Program-made: the position numbers and the translations under genes
The notes under the pieces: model-generated
The model's database searches: none
The model's input: the letters and a program-made list of their open reading frames with translations, nothing else
What the model was told of the DNA's origin: nothing
DNA from: Caldisericia bacterium
GTDB lineage: Bacteria > Caldisericota > Caldisericia > B22-G15
Assembly (NCBI GenBank): GCA_030018355.1
Contig: JASEFN010000004.1
Coordinates: 152,291 to 216,290 of the forward strand
Direction: 5' to 3'
Length of the DNA stretch: 64,000 bases
Shown here: positions 9,419 through 22,600 of the stretch, one piece after another
How positions within the stretch are numbered: position 1 is the first letter of the stretch
Layout of the letters: every line of letters begins with the position of its first letter

Positions 9419-12111
9419 TTATAAGGCAACCTCCCTTCTTCTTTTATTTCACTTATTAATTTATCTTTTCCTGATAAAAATCCATCTAAAAGTTTCTTCT
9501 CACCACTCTCAGGAGGAAGAGTTTCTGAAATTGCTTGAGCAAATCTATAAAAAGAGTCTCGAATTCCATAACCTGAATCTTGTAGAACCGTTTTAATTTC
9601 ATTCTTTTTTCCTACTTTCCATAAAAGTAAAACATTGTGAAGAATATCAACCATCTCTTTTGAATCTTTAAGTTCTTTAATTTCTCTTTCATTTGGACCT
9701 AAAACTTTTATAAATTCTTTTTCTTTTTTTATGAAACTTTTATTCCAAACTTTTTCTAAATCGATTCCTACAGATTGAGCGAGTTTTTTTGCTTCATCAA
9801 ACTCAACTTTTACCTCTCCATAAGTCCATCTATATAAAAGATAAAATTTTGAAAGTGGAGAAAGTTCTTGAGATATTCCATTGTGTAAAATTTGTTTAAC
9901 AACATAATCTGTTACAATTTCTCTTACAAATTCCAGAAGTTTATCTGCTCTAACAACATTTCCTTCAAAATCAAGAACTTTTTCATATTTACCGAAAATT
10001 TCAATTGATGAACCAATTGCTGAAATAAAATAATCTGCACCTGAAATTCCTTCGTTCCATAATTTTTCAAGTTTTTCAAAAATATATTTTTTTATCTCTT
10101 CTTTTACATCATTAAACCATCCAACTTCAATCTTTTGAATTTTTCGAGCAATAATATAGATAGATGAAGCAAGAGATGCTGTCTCTTTTGCATTTAATCT
10201 TGATTTCATCTCTGTGTCAATTGGCCACGACGCAGTAATTACTAAACCAGAATCTAAAAGTGAATTTATAAGAGTTTCCCAACCAAATGTTGATTTATGT
10301 GTATAAACTATAACTGCAATACCATTTGGTTTTAAAATGCGATATATTTCTTGTAGTGCTTTTTTTAAATTTTCTTCATAAAACTCTTTTGCTTTTTGTT
10401 CTCCACCATGTCTTACTGGATTAGCAACAATTTCTTTTGATTTTGGAGTAAGTGGAGTTGAAAAAAGTTCGGGGTATAAATCACCAATAGATCTTTTTAA
10501 CCAAACATAAAAGAAATCTGAAAGTTCAGCATAATTGATATTATCATAATAAGGTGGATCTGTAAAAACAGCATCAAAATAGTTATCTGGATATGGAAGA
10601 GAAATGGCTGATAATTGTGAGATGACTGTAGGGTAAGAAATTTTTGAGATATTTTTTATAGATTCTAATATTGGCTCTAAACTCCATTGACCTCTTGAGT
10701 CACTAAATGGATCAGCTTCACCATAATCCCAAATCATTGGAAGTGCTTGCCTATCAAATGCTCTTTCAAAAGATATAACATCAGATCTCCATCTTGTTAA
10801 TGTATTCAGATACGTTACTAATCGATCTATTCCTATACCTAAATAACTCGCCACTGCTTTTGCGTATTCTTTTTCATAACCTTCAGAAATCATCTTTTGA
10901 TATGCTTGTTTTACTTTTTCTGTAAGAGTTATTAGTGCGAGTTTCTGGCGAGAATTAAAAAGATCACCCCATTTTGTAAAGCCATAACCCCGACCAGCAA
11001 CAGTATTAGGGTCTTTGGTGTTCATTTCCTCATCTGGCACAGGATCAATTCTCCATTCATTCATAAGTTTTTGTCTTTTCTCTTGAAGATATTTTTCTGC
11101 CTCTTTGAAAATCTCAAAATCTCTTTCATTTGCAAGGCGATATGTTTTTCCATCTTTGTTTGGTTGATGCAAAATAACTGCTATCATTCTTTGCCCTGAT
11201 TTTCCTTCTTGAAAAAGTTTTCTTACTTGTTTATCATCAATAACAGTTCCACAAACTGGACATGTTACAATTGCTCTTGAAACAGTTCCTTTTTCAGGAT
11301 TAAAATTTTCAGGAAATGGTTTATTATCTTGCCCAACAATTTCAAACTCAACTTTATTGTTTCTAACAAATGGTCTTAATGATATTTTTTTATTATTCTT
11401 TTTAGCAAGCCAAAATTGTCGCATTAAAGGAATCTCTGCATTACAAGACGGATTTTGACATGGTATTGTTCTTGCCCAAATATATCCAACAGGAATTTTA
11501 CCATCTGGATCATTTGGATAAAATTTTCCAATCTCTTTTTTTGCTTCATTTACAACAAAATTCCCCCATTTTTTAACATCTTCAAGAAGTATATTATTTA
11601 CATATATTTTTTTTATTTCTCCTTTTTCTATAGGTTCCCCTTTAATCAAAATCTCACCTGGAACTCCATATTTTTGTGGATATTCGAGAGTACATTTTAA
11701 TATAAGTATTGCAACGGGATTATATTCATTTGCATAAGTTTCAAGACCAAGTCTTAAACATTCAAGAGGAATTGAACCTCCTCCTGCAAATGGATCGATT
11801 ACTTTTAAATTTGAGTTTCCATTTGCTTTTAAAATATCTTCTCTTGCTTTTTTTATTATTTGTTCATTTAATGAATTTTCCCATTTTGAAAGATTAATTA
11901 TAAATTTTTTCTTTTCTTCCAACTCTTCTCTATTTTTTGGTGCTGGTATAAGTGCAGCATAAGATGTTGCTCTTGATGAAGCAAGTGGTCTTCTTGCCCA
12001 CCAAATGTGAAGAGTTGAAATATGACCATGCCTTATGTTTTTTTCTCTTGAAGCCTCTTCTCCAACCTCTTTCACTGGAAAAGTTTCCTCAATAAAACTT
12101 TTCTTGATCAT
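9415..12111 (-). CDS. DUF1156/COG1743 Zn-ribbon-containing adenine-specific (amino) DNA methyltransferase.
   Basis: N-terminus [38 protein letters not shown] is the DUF1156 hallmark. It carries MTase motif I (DPFAGGGS), motif IV (DPPY) and a Zn-ribbon (CQNPSC...CPVCG). It is 898 aa, with 4-nt overlaps on both sides. Confidence 0.7.
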   Translation of the reverse strand: MIKKSFIEETFPVKEVGEEASREKNIRHGHISTLHIWWARRPLASSRATSYAALIPAPKNREELEEKKKFIINLSKWENSLNEQIIKKAREDILKANGNSNLKVIDPFAGGGSIPLECLRLGLETYANEYNPVAILILKCTLEYPQKYGVPGEILIKGEPIEKGEIKKIYVNNILLEDVKKWGNFVVNEAKKEIGKFYPNDPDGKIPVGYIWARTIPCQNPSCNAEIPLMRQFWLAKKNNKKISLRPFVRNNKVEFEIVGQDNKPFPENFNPEKGTVSRAIVTCPVCGTVIDDKQVRKLFQEGKSGQRMIAVILHQPNKDGKTYRLANERDFEIFKEAEKYLQEKRQKLMNEWRIDPVPDEEMNTKDPNTVAGRGYGFTKWGDLFNSRQKLALITLTEKVKQAYQKMISEGYEKEYAKAVASYLGIGIDRLVTYLNTLTRWRSDVISFERAFDRQALPMIWDYGEADPFSDSRGQWSLEPILESIKNISKISYPTVISQLSAISLPYPDNYFDAVFTDPPYYDNINYAELSDFFYVWLKRSIGDLYPELFSTPLTPKSKEIVANPVRHGGEQKAKEFYEENLKKALQEIYRILKPNGIAVIVYTHKSTFGWETLINSLLDSGLVITASWPIDTEMKSRLNAKETASLASSIYIIARKIQKIEVGWFNDVKEEIKKYIFEKLEKLWNEGISGADYFISAIGSSIEIFGKYEKVLDFEGNVVRADKLLEFVREIVTDYVVKQILHNGISQELSPLSKFYLLYRWTYGEVKVEFDEAKKLAQSVGIDLEKVWNKSFIKKEKEFIKVLGPNEREIKELKDSKEMVDILHNVLLLWKVGKKNEIKTVLQDSGYGIRDSFYRFAQAISETLPPESGEKKLLDGFLSGKDKLISEIKEEGRLPYK

Positions 12112-15100
12112 CCAACTTCTCCTTTATTTTTGATTTCATTTTCATTAATAATAAATTTTATATCAACAATCTTTTGAAGTTTCTCTATATTTTCATAGGG
12201 GTTTTTAATAATTCTTAAATCTGGCTTATTTACTACATTAAATACAACATAAAGATAATAATCATCTTCGAATCTTTTTGCTTTTAGAAATTCATTAAAT
12301 GTTAAAATAATATCTCCATAATCTTTTCTTGCTTTAACTTCAATATATCTTATCTCTTTTTCACCTTTTGATTTTATATCATATCCAAGATTTTCTTTTG
12401 AAACATCAATTGGTTCTCTTCCATGTTCTTTTTCGTATTTAATAACATATTCCATTCCCATTCTTTCAATTTCTTTATCGCTTTCCATCATATCTTTTGA
12501 TCTAGGTTTTACATAAATTACTCCAACAAGTTTTGGTTTAGAAATAGTTAAGTTTTTTTCATTCTCAAGTTCTTCTTCAAGTTTTTTCTTTGCTTCTTCA
12601 TAATCTTTTTTTCTTTGTCCCATATTTTCAAACCTTTTATTATTTAATTTATTATTCTCAATATATTTTATCATTTCTATTTCAAGTTCATTAATTAAAT
12701 ACTCAAGTGATTTTATACCATATTTCCTTTTGATATCTATTTGTCTTAATCTCTCCTTTAAAAGTTCATCTTTATATTTTTGAATTATTTCGATTGATTT
12801 ATTTATAACAACATCTTTGTTAAAATTTAAATTTTCTATATTAGATAGCGAATCACTAACTGGCTCCAAATCCCATAAAATAGATGGATTAACTTCAATT
12901 AAATTTTCACCATCATAATAAATTGAAAATATTTTTTTACCAACAACTTCGCCCAATCCATCTTTCACTTCTCCCTCATAAAAATAGATGAAGCCACAAT
13001 ATTTATTTTGAGGGTCTTCAAAAATTCCACCATTAAGTAATTCTTTATAATAATTTTTTAAAGACCATTCAATCATTGCCTCTAATAGTGGGTGACCAAA
13101 AGATATAAATTCTGCATCTGGATTTTTAAATGCCGTTTCTTTATCAAAAGTAATTTTTCTATAATTTCGTTGAATTGTGCCAAATTTAGATTTGAAATTA
13201 AAATCATTATTAAATTTTCGTAACTCATCTGGCACAGAATCTATTTCATAAAATTCACCCTTTTTTACTAATTTTCCATTTAAAATATTAAAAACTTTTT
13301 TAAAATACTCTTCTACATATTCTGGTATTAATCTATTTTCTTTCGCTTTTTCAGAAATTTCTTTTATTCTTGTAAAATCAATTATTTTTGTTGCAAGTGT
13401 TTCGCCAATTAATGTATCTTTTATTCTTCGAATATAATCTTCGTCAACTTTTATCTCAATTTCTTTTAGAATTTCATCAAGAGATTTTGTGTTTGATACT
13501 GCTTCAATCAAAAGTTGATAAAGATTTTTATCTTTGAAAACATCACCAATTATATCAAAGACTTTATCACTTCCTAAAGCTCTTCTTATTTCATCTAACT
13601 TTTCAAAAATCTTATTGAAAACTGTGCCTTCTCTTGTATCTACTGCTATAAGGTTAAAGATATGAACATCTTTTTGTTGTCCATATCTATGAATTCTTCC
13701 CATCCTCTGTTCAATTCTATTAGGGTTCCATGGTATATCATAATTAATCATTAGATGACAAAATTGAAGATTAATTCCTTCTCCTGCAGCTTCTGTTGCA
13801 ACCATAACTTCTGTTCTATTCTTAAATTCTCTTTCTGCATCAATTCTCTCTTGTAAACTCATTCCACCATGTATACTATTCACTTCATAACCCCAAGATT
13901 TAATCTTTTTTACGAGATAATCAAGAGTATCTTTTGATTCAGTAAATATCAAAATTTTTCTATTTCCACCAATTTCATCAATTTTTTTAAAACCTTCTTC
14001 AATCGCTTTCTTTAATTCTTTTAATTTTACTTCTTCTTCATTGTTTATAATATCTTCTGCTTGCCTAATTAACTTATCAAGATTCTCAATCTCTTTTTTT
14101 AATTCTTGATAATTTTCAGCAACACTTATTGTCTCCCAATCTCTTTCTATCTTCCATCTCTCATTTTCTTCATAATCTTCTAACTCTTCAATTTTATTGA
14201 ATGAAAAATTGCTATCGCTTAAAATTAATTCTTCTTTTTTATTATATATTTCTTCTAATTTTCTTTTTCTTCTCTTAAGTGATTCATAAAGCGCATAAGT
14301 ACTTGATGCCATTCTTCTTTGGAGAATTAAAAGCGCAAAAGCAATATTTCTTTTTTTATCACTTTTTAATGCTTTATTATATTCCACAATAACATACTTT
14401 GATAATTCATTATAAAGCTCCTTTTCTTTATCTGATAAATAAAATTTTATAGTTTTTACAAATCTTCTTGTAAATAGAGGTTTTCCTTCAAAATCTCTTA
14501 AGTCTTCTTTCATTCTTCTTATAAATAAAGGGTTTTCTTTGTTTTTTATAGATTCTTCAATTAGTTCTTTTGATGCAAAAAAACCTGGATTAAGAAGATC
14601 AAGAAAAAGTCGGAAATTTTCTGGATCACCTTTGTGTGGTGTTGCCGTAAGAAACAAAAGATGTTTTGTGTTTTTTGAAATAACTTTTCCCAACTTATAT
14701 CTATCAGTTTCTTTTGATTTATCACCATAAAGATATGCTGCCATTTTATGTGCTTCATCAACAATTACCAAATCCCACTCTACACTCTCTAATGAGAGTA
14801 AAATTTCATCTTGTTTTGCAAAATCCATAGAGGTTATAATTTGATTATATTTTTGCCATGGATTTTCTCCATAAGAATAATTAAAGGAATTTCTATCAAT
14901 AATCTCAAAATTTTCTTTAAATTTATCTGTTAATTCTCTAATCCATTGTTCTTTTAAATGACCTGGAACAATAATTAAAATTTTTTTAACAATTCCTCTT
15001 AATTTTAACTCTTTTATAACAAGACCAGCCATAATCGTTTTTCCAGCTCCTGGATCATCTGCTAATAAAAATCTTATCTTTGGTAATTTAAGGATATAAC

Positions 15101-15422
15101 CATACACAGCCTCAATTTGAAAAGGAAGAGGATCAATTTTTGTTATGTTCATTGCAAGTAATGGATCAAAAATTGAAGCATATCTAAATCTTAAAGATTC
15201 TAAACTCAAAAATATATGGTTACTATTTGAATTGAAGTTGAAAACAGAAAGTTCTCTTAATTTGTTTAGATCTTCATTTGAAAATATTTGTCTTACTATT
15301 TGATTTGATAGTTTTTTTTCTACAACTAATTCAATATATGTATTTAAATTATTAATTGAAATAATTTCGACAGGTTCATTCCAAAGACCCTCAACAATCA
15401 TTCCTTCTTTAAGTTCAATCAA
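12108..15422 (-). CDS. SNF2/DEAH-family helicase with a C-terminal DUF3883-like PD-(D/E)xK nuclease-fold domain.
   Basis: Helicase motifs are present: motif [12 protein letters not shown], motif II VIVDEAH, motif [11 protein letters not shown], and a helicase-C region ...[12 protein letters not shown]... The C-terminal region ...[21 protein letters not shown]... fits a D...E-x-K nuclease motif. It is 1104 aa and is the first gene of a three-gene operon. Confidence 0.7.
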   Translation of the reverse strand: MIELKEGMIVEGLWNEPVEIISINNLNTYIELVVEKKLSNQIVRQIFSNEDLNKLRELSVFNFNSNSNHIFLSLESLRFRYASIFDPLLAMNITKIDPLPFQIEAVYGYILKLPKIRFLLADDPGAGKTIMAGLVIKELKLRGIVKKILIIVPGHLKEQWIRELTDKFKENFEIIDRNSFNYSYGENPWQKYNQIITSMDFAKQDEILLSLESVEWDLVIVDEAHKMAAYLYGDKSKETDRYKLGKVISKNTKHLLFLTATPHKGDPENFRLFLDLLNPGFFASKELIEESIKNKENPLFIRRMKEDLRDFEGKPLFTRRFVKTIKFYLSDKEKELYNELSKYVIVEYNKALKSDKKRNIAFALLILQRRMASSTYALYESLKRRKRKLEEIYNKKEELILSDSNFSFNKIEELEDYEENERWKIERDWETISVAENYQELKKEIENLDKLIRQAEDIINNEEEVKLKELKKAIEEGFKKIDEIGGNRKILIFTESKDTLDYLVKKIKSWGYEVNSIHGGMSLQERIDAEREFKNRTEVMVATEAAGEGINLQFCHLMINYDIPWNPNRIEQRMGRIHRYGQQKDVHIFNLIAVDTREGTVFNKIFEKLDEIRRALGSDKVFDIIGDVFKDKNLYQLLIEAVSNTKSLDEILKEIEIKVDEDYIRRIKDTLIGETLATKIIDFTRIKEISEKAKENRLIPEYVEEYFKKVFNILNGKLVKKGEFYEIDSVPDELRKFNNDFNFKSKFGTIQRNYRKITFDKETAFKNPDAEFISFGHPLLEAMIEWSLKNYYKELLNGGIFEDPQNKYCGFIYFYEGEVKDGLGEVVGKKIFSIYYDGENLIEVNPSILWDLEPVSDSLSNIENLNFNKDVVINKSIEIIQKYKDELLKERLRQIDIKRKYGIKSLEYLINELEIEMIKYIENNKLNNKRFENMGQRKKDYEEAKKKLEEELENEKNLTISKPKLVGVIYVKPRSKDMMESDKEIERMGMEYVIKYEKEHGREPIDVSKENLGYDIKSKGEKEIRYIEVKARKDYGDIILTFNEFLKAKRFEDDYYLYVVFNVVNKPDLRIIKNPYENIEKLQKIVDIKFIINENEIKNKGEVG

Positions 15423-15866
15423 CTTTACCCTCCTTTTAATTGCTAATTATTAAAGAAAATTTTTTCATAATTGATTTTACCATTATTTTTATTTTTATGT
15501 CTCGAAATTTTAATTATTATTAATCTAAAATGTAAAGAAAGGTTTTGAAGAATAAACAATTTACATCTTTTATAATTACCTAATTTAGGAATTGTTATTT
15601 TAAATTCATCAATTCCCAAGAAGGATAATCTTCTACTATCACTACTCAAAACACAATTGAGTTCTAAGTATCTATATTATTTTATAACTTATTCAAATAA
15701 ATCTTAACATGTAATGCAAACTTATTTTCATTTAAAATTTTTTTATAAATAATTTTGTGGTTTCAGGATCTTTAAATATAAATTGTAACTTAAATTTTAA
15801 AAATTTTTAGAATTCTAAAATTAATTCATACTTTTAATAAATTATTTTCTCTAAAAACAACTGAAA

Positions 15867-15896
15867 GTTTCAATCCCTAATATGAGAACCAAAAAC
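15867..15896 (-). repeat. Orphan degenerate CRISPR repeat relic (GTTTCAATCCCTAATATGAGAACCAAAAAC), with 5 mismatches to the consensus.
   Basis: It is a 30-mer with the same ends as the array repeat (GTTTCAAT...AAAAAC). It is preceded by ...CTAAAAAC, a truncated repeat 3' end, and lies about 790 bp beyond the distal end of the array. Confidence 0.5.
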
Positions 15897-16687
15897 TTAT
15901 TTTTCCAAAACTTCTTCCTTTATCAAAATATCACTAAAAGTCAAATCACAATAAGTCTTCTAATAATTTTTTTATTTGGATAAAGTGAAATAAATAATAT
16001 TTTACAGAGAAATAATTGAAAAGAATTTTTTATCTTTGATCAAAATAAAACAGGATATTTAAAAAGAATTTGTTGAAAATTAAATTTTATTCTATTTTAA
16101 TTCTTTTAAAAATAAAGAACTCTATTTTTAACTATATAAATTTATATTTCATTAGCCTTAAACATTAATTTTTAATCTATATTTGTTAATACATATAATT
16201 TATTAGCCTACTAATTCAATATCTCTTTTAATTTTTGCTATAAATTTTATAAATTCATTTTGTCTTTTCTTTTATAGAAAAATTTTTTTCAAATGAGTCT
16301 TTTACACATATTTTCAATTAAGTAAACCTTGCTTCTAAAAAATGAATTTAAATTGTTTAGTTATAGAATTCCCAGATTTTTTGGTCCAGATCCATTTAAA
16401 ATCAATTATTTTTTCAATGCATTTTTGTTCTAAATTTTTGGAAAAAATTTAACCAATTCTTTAAATTTTTCTCTTTTCTTTTAATTTTTAATCTCTCTTA
16501 AAGAGATATAAGAGTGATTTCCAAAAATTTGACTTCTTTTGATCTTTTAAAGAAAAATAAATTTCACAATAAAGTGCCCCATTAGTTAAATAATCTCAAA
16601 AAAATTTTACAATCCGCTCATTTTAAAAGAAGTAATTTGACACTCAATTCTTTCAAATTTTACATTTTTCGAAATATCACTCCAAAA

Positions 16688-19600
16688 GTTTCAATACCTT
16701 ATTGGCGAGCTAAAAACATGTTATATCTTGTTGTAATGTTTACAAATCTGGGGTGCGTTTCAATCCCTCATAGGTGAGCTAAAAACAATTCAAAATTTAG
16801 AAGAAAAGGTTGTCTTATTATAGTTTCAATCCCTCATAGGCGAGCTAAAAACACCTGATAGCGAAAATAAAAAGGATGATGAAATAGAGTTTCAATCCCT
16901 CATAGGCGAGCTAAAAACCCTAATTCTCTAGAGATGTTTAAAGAAATACAAAACTAGTTTCAATCCCTCATAGGCGAGCTAAAAACCAAAAATTTTTGAA
17001 AATTTAAATCAAGAGGATTTAAAGGTTTCAATCCCTCATAGGCGAGCTAAAAACAAATTATTTTGTTTGGTTCCAAGAATTGTTATCCATGGTTTCAATC
17101 CCTCATAGGCGAGCTAAAAACGTAGTAATATCCTTGTATTTTAGTTTTGCGTACTCTGGTTTCAATCCCTCATAGGCGAGCTAAAAACTAATTTTCATAA
17201 TTATAAGTAGAGTTATTGTTTTGCCAGTTTCAATCCCTCATAGGCGAGCTAAAAACCCCGAGACTTTTGTAAATGCTCTTAGAATAGACAAGTTTCAATC
17301 CCTCATAGGCGAGCTAAAAACCTTTTAGTTTTGAACAATTTAGACAACATATTTATTACAGTTTCAATCCCTCATAGGCGAGCTAAAAACCTTATAATGA
17401 GCCTCATCTTGACCCTAATGTTGAGATAGGTTTCAATCCCTCATAGGCGAGCTAAAAACGAAAAGAAAGAGAGTACTATGAGCTTCAGAGAGCATAGTTT
17501 CAATCCCTCATAGGCGAGCTAAAAACCTATCATTACAGCACCACAGAAATCCGCTATATCCTTGTTTCAATCCCTCATAGGCGAGCTAAAAACTTGTTGT
17601 TGTTGATTTACCAAAAAATAAGGAGAAGGTTTGTTTCAATCCCTCATAGGCGAGCTAAAAACAATATTTGGTACGGAAATGACTCTTTAGGGCTTTTCTG
17701 TTTCAATCCCTCATAGGCGAGCTAAAAACTTTGTCCAATTTTCCCAATAGTTAAAGTAGCACTTAGGTTTCAATCCCTCATAGGCGAGCTAAAAACTATT
17801 ATTATTTGAAAGGAGGTGAACTATGGAAGCAATGTTTCAATCCCTCATAGGCGAGCTAAAAACTTTACCTATTGCAATCCAATTCACAGTTGTTGTTCCG
17901 TTTCAATCCCGCATAGGCGAGCTAAAAACTAAGATTTCATATCTATTTGATTATTTTCTAAAACAGTTTCAATCCCTCATAGGCGAGCTAAAAACGAAGT
18001 TTAAATATAGGACTCAAAGATTTAGAAATTTCAGTTTCAATCCCTCATAGGCGAGCTAAAAACTCGCTTAATGATCTAAAAACAAAATAATATTCTGCGG
18101 TTTCAATCCCTCATAGGCGAGCTAAAAACAGATATAGAAAATATTAAAGATTTAAAAGAGATTTCTGTTTCAATCCCTCATAGGCGAGCTAAAAACGGAT
18201 TACACTTTTGGAAAAATTACAAAGATAAAAGGAGGTTTCAATCCCTCATAGGCGAGCTAAAAACATTTTGATCCCTCTTGACTTTTTAGAAAAATATATT
18301 AGTTTCAATCCCTCATAGGCGAGCTAAAAACTTTTTCTATTAGGATTAAGCAGGTGAATCATAAATAGTTTCAATCCCTCATAGGCGAGCTAAAAACTTG
18401 ACGAGTTGGTTGACAGGGAATTCTTCTTTATTGTTTCAATCCCTCATAGGCGAGCTAAAAACATCTTTAACACTTACATCCCATATATAATTCATTACAT
18501 GAGTTTCAATCCCTCATAGGCGAGCTAAAAACTTGAAATCTAAAGTAGCTCTTATAGGATTATATCCGGTTTCAATCCCTCATAGGCGAGCTAAAAACTG
18601 TCGTAAGACTTCATATCTATAGCATTATTTTCTAGTTTCAATCCCTCATAGGCGAGCTAAAAACTAAAAGATTATCATATTATTATCCATCCGTAAGTGA
18701 CCGTTTCAATCCCTCATAGGCGAGCTAAAAACTAAACACCTCCTTTCTGATATCAGGAAGCATCTTGTAGTTTCAATCCCTCATAGGCGAGCTAAAAACC
18801 CTTTCTGACCAAATTTTCCATACAAAGTATTGAGAGTTTCAATCCCTCATAGGCGAGCTAAAAACACGTTCGTTTTTTGTTCTTTTTCCCACGACAGCAA
18901 GGTTTCAATCCCTCATAGGCGAGCTAAAAACTTTGTAATTTCTTCTCTTATAGAATTTATTGATTCAAGGTTTCAATCCCTCATAGGCGAGCTAAAAACT
19001 ATATATGTTCTTTTATGCTCCTTTTCTATTTCTTCTAGTTTCAATCCCTCATAGGCGAGCTAAAAACTTGCAAGGTGGACAATTTATTTATTGGACTGAA
19101 AAACTGTTTCAATCCCTCATAGGCGAGCTAAAAACTAGAAAGTCTTAATTATCCTCAAAAAGAAAACACAAGTTTCAATCCCTCATAGGCGAGCTAAAAA
19201 CCACTTATCACCTCTTCATTTGCGTTTATATTAAGAGGTTTCAATCCCTCATAGGCGAGCTAAAAACAACTGAACAAAAATAAACATAAAGAATTTGAAG
19301 ATTTGGGTTTCAATCCCTCATAGGCGAGCTAAAAACTAAAAATTTACCTATTTCTTCAACAGATGTTCTATAAAAGTGTTTCAATCCCTCATAGGCGAGC
19401 TAAAAACCATTGTCAAGTCCATCTATCCAATCTGCTAATCTATAGTTTCAATCCCTCATAGGCGAGCTAAAAACAAGGTATAGCACAAAGCTCAATATTT
19501 CCTGAATCCCAAGTTTCAATCCCTCATAGGCGAGCTAAAAACATAAACTCAATTAAAAGTGAAATCACACAGATATGGAAGTTTCAATCCCTCATAGGCG

Positions 19601-22600
19601 AGCTAAAAACTGACTTCAATTCTCATAGGTATTGCTTCAGTATTGAGTTTCAATCCCTCATAGGCGAGCTAAAAACTTTACCCTCTATTTCTTTTTAAAC
19701 TTACTCATTCCTCGTTTCAATCCCTCATAGGCGAGCTAAAAACTGATTTAAGTTTAGATGATCGAGTGAATATTTCAAAGTTTCAATCCCTCATAGGCGA
19801 GCTAAAAACAACATCACCTTTGTATTCTCCTTTTCCAACATAAACAGTTTCAATCCCTCATAGGCGAGCTAAAAACTATTTTACGAAGATGACAATTCAG
19901 ATTTAGTTGAAGGTTTCAATCCCTCATAGGCGAGCTAAAAACAATATAAAAAATGTTTGCTGTTGTTTTCTTATAATACGGTTTCAATCCCTCATAGGCG
20001 AGCTAAAAACCAAAAGAACATAAATAATAATCTTTTGTGCAGCTGCAGTTTCAATCCCTCATAGGCGAGCTAAAAACCCCATCTCAGAGTTAAGAAAGGC
20101 ATTTCTGAATTATCGTTTCAATCCCTCATAGGCGAGCTAAAAACCTGCTTTCTTTTTACTTCTTTTCTCTACTTTATCAAGTTTCAATCCCTCATAGGCG
20201 AGCTAAAAACTACACACTAAAGAACCAGTTTTCCCAACTAAGTTAAAGTTTCAATCCCTCATAGGCGAGCTAAAAACTGAATAAAAATAAGTATAAAGAA
20301 TTTGAAGATTTAGGTTTCAATCCCTCATAGGCGAGCTAAAAACGCGACACTTTTAACTCATTCCCTTCACGTTCAAATGGGTTTCAATCCCTCATAGGCG
20401 AGCTAAAAACAATAGAACAGGAGACGACATTGGTGTAGTATATGAGAGTTTCAATCCCTCATAGGCGAGCTAAAAACTTGTTAAGTTTTAGAAAAACATT
20501 ACCATTGTTTTCGGTTTCAATCCCTCATAGGCGAGCTAAAAACCAGACGTAGAAGTTACTTTTACCCCTGAAACTATACCGTTTCAATCCCTCATAGGCG
20601 AGCTAAAAACTACCATAGAAAGGGATACCTAAAAAACTACGTACTGAAGTTTCAATCCCTCATAGGCGAGCTAAAAACTATTTAATTATTTTTTCTTTTC
20701 TACAAGAATATTTTTGTTTCAATCCCTCATAGGCGAGCTAAAAACTTTATATTATTCTTTTTCTCTATTCAAGCATATTTTGTTTCAATCCCTCATAGGC
20801 GAGCTAAAAACTTTATTCTCTTCTACCTGCTGTTATTGAAGAGCCGAGTTTCAATCCCTCATAGGCGAGCTAAAAACTTTTTGTCGATTTAGAGGATGAT
20901 GGGGTAATAGAAAGTTTCAATCCCTCATAGGCGAGCTAAAAACATATAACCCCCCTAAATAACCCTGGGGGTGATCGCAGTTTCAATCCCTCATAGGCGA
21001 GCTAAAAACTATTCAACATCAATAAATAATGCTGCTTCTCTTTCAGGTTTCAATCCCTCATAGGCGAGCTAAAAACTTAAAAATTTGTAATAATTACAAT
21101 TTACATTTTTAAGTTTCAATCCCTCATAGGCGAGCTAAAAACGAATTTAAAAGAGAAGAGCAAATTACACCATTCCAATGTTTCAATCCCTCATAGGCGA
21201 GCTAAAAACTAGTTTTAAAATTTGACATTCTGGCTATCTTATCTAAGTTTCAATCCCTCATAGGCGAGCTAAAAACTAACAAAAATTTTTCCACATGTCA
21301 ACCTAAGGATTTAGTTTCAATCCCTCATAGGCGAGCTAAAAACTTTCATCGCTAAATTGTATGCCATCTATTTCGTTAGAAGTTTCAATCCCTCATAGGC
21401 GAGCTAAAAACTCCTAGAAAGTGAAAAAAGAGATTATTAATATATCGTTTCAATCCCTCATAGGCGAGCTAAAAACTGAAAATACAAAACATAAACATAA
21501 CTATAAAAGACGGTTTCAATCCCTCATAGGCGAGCTAAAAACCAATTGGAACATTTAATATAATTCCAGAAATTACATTGTTTCAATCCCTCATAGGCGA
21601 GCTAAAAACTTAAGTTATTATGGAAATTATGTTGAAGCTGTTCGTAGTTTCAATCCCTCATAGGCGAGCTAAAAACATAAAAAGACCATGAATAAAATGA
21701 TACTTAATCCAAGTTTCAATCCCTCATAGGCGAGCTAAAAACATTTTTATACTCAAAACTTTTGAGCAACAATGAACAGTTTCAATCCCTCATAGGCGAG
21801 CTAAAAACTTATGAATGTTATAATGGTTAAAATATTGAGAGAGTAGTTTCAATCCCTCATAGGCGAGCTAAAAACGAATATAATTTGGGAAAAGATAGAA
21901 AATATTATAAAGTGTTTCAATCCCTCATAGGCGAGCTAAAAACTTTTATGAAAGAAATGTAAGAGATGCAAATAATCTTTGTTTCAATCCCTCATAGGCG
22001 AGCTAAAAACCTTTCAAGACGTACTAAAATAATTAAAGAGGGGTTGAGTTTCAATCCCTCATAGGCGAGCTAAAAACTAAGATATAGTTTTATAGTTGAA
22101 CCTGTATCTGTAAAGTTTCAATCCCTCATAGGCGAGCTAAAAACGGTGTAATGTAATATGTTCTATTTCTATAAAACATAGTAGTTTCAATCCCTCATAG
22201 GCGAGCTAAAAACTATGATAAATATTCAAAAAATTAATATCGCCAGAAGGTAGTTTCAATCCCTCATAGGCGAGCTAAAAACGAAAATAAATAATTTTTA
22301 AAGGTCCCATCCTACTGAGTTTCAATCCCTCATAGGCGAGCTAAAAACTTTTATTTATCATATTACAAGCTTCTCTCAAAGTTATGGTTTCAATCCCTCA
22401 TAGGCGAGCTAAAAACAAATTTTTCTGAAAAAAGAGCATAACAAGTATAAATAGTTTCAATCCCTCATAGGCGAGCTAAAAACAATATTCGAGATTGCAA
22501 ATTATACAGGAGGTATAAAAGTTTCAATCCCTCATAGGCGAGCTAAAAACCTTGAAGCATTAGCAATAATGAGTCCAGTTAATAAGGTTTCAATCCCTCA

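Noticed and set aside
15443-15649. 68-aa ORF on the - strand just upstream of the helicase gene
   Set aside because: It lies in the AT-rich promoter region of the Hma-like operon and has no RBS. Its composition is driven by AT-rich codons, so it is likely spurious.
17823-18050. 75-aa ORF (and the similar 74-aa ORF at 18830..19054) called inside the CRISPR array
   Set aside because: Their repetitive peptides (SLIGELKT...) are simply translations of the CRISPR repeat, so they are not genes.
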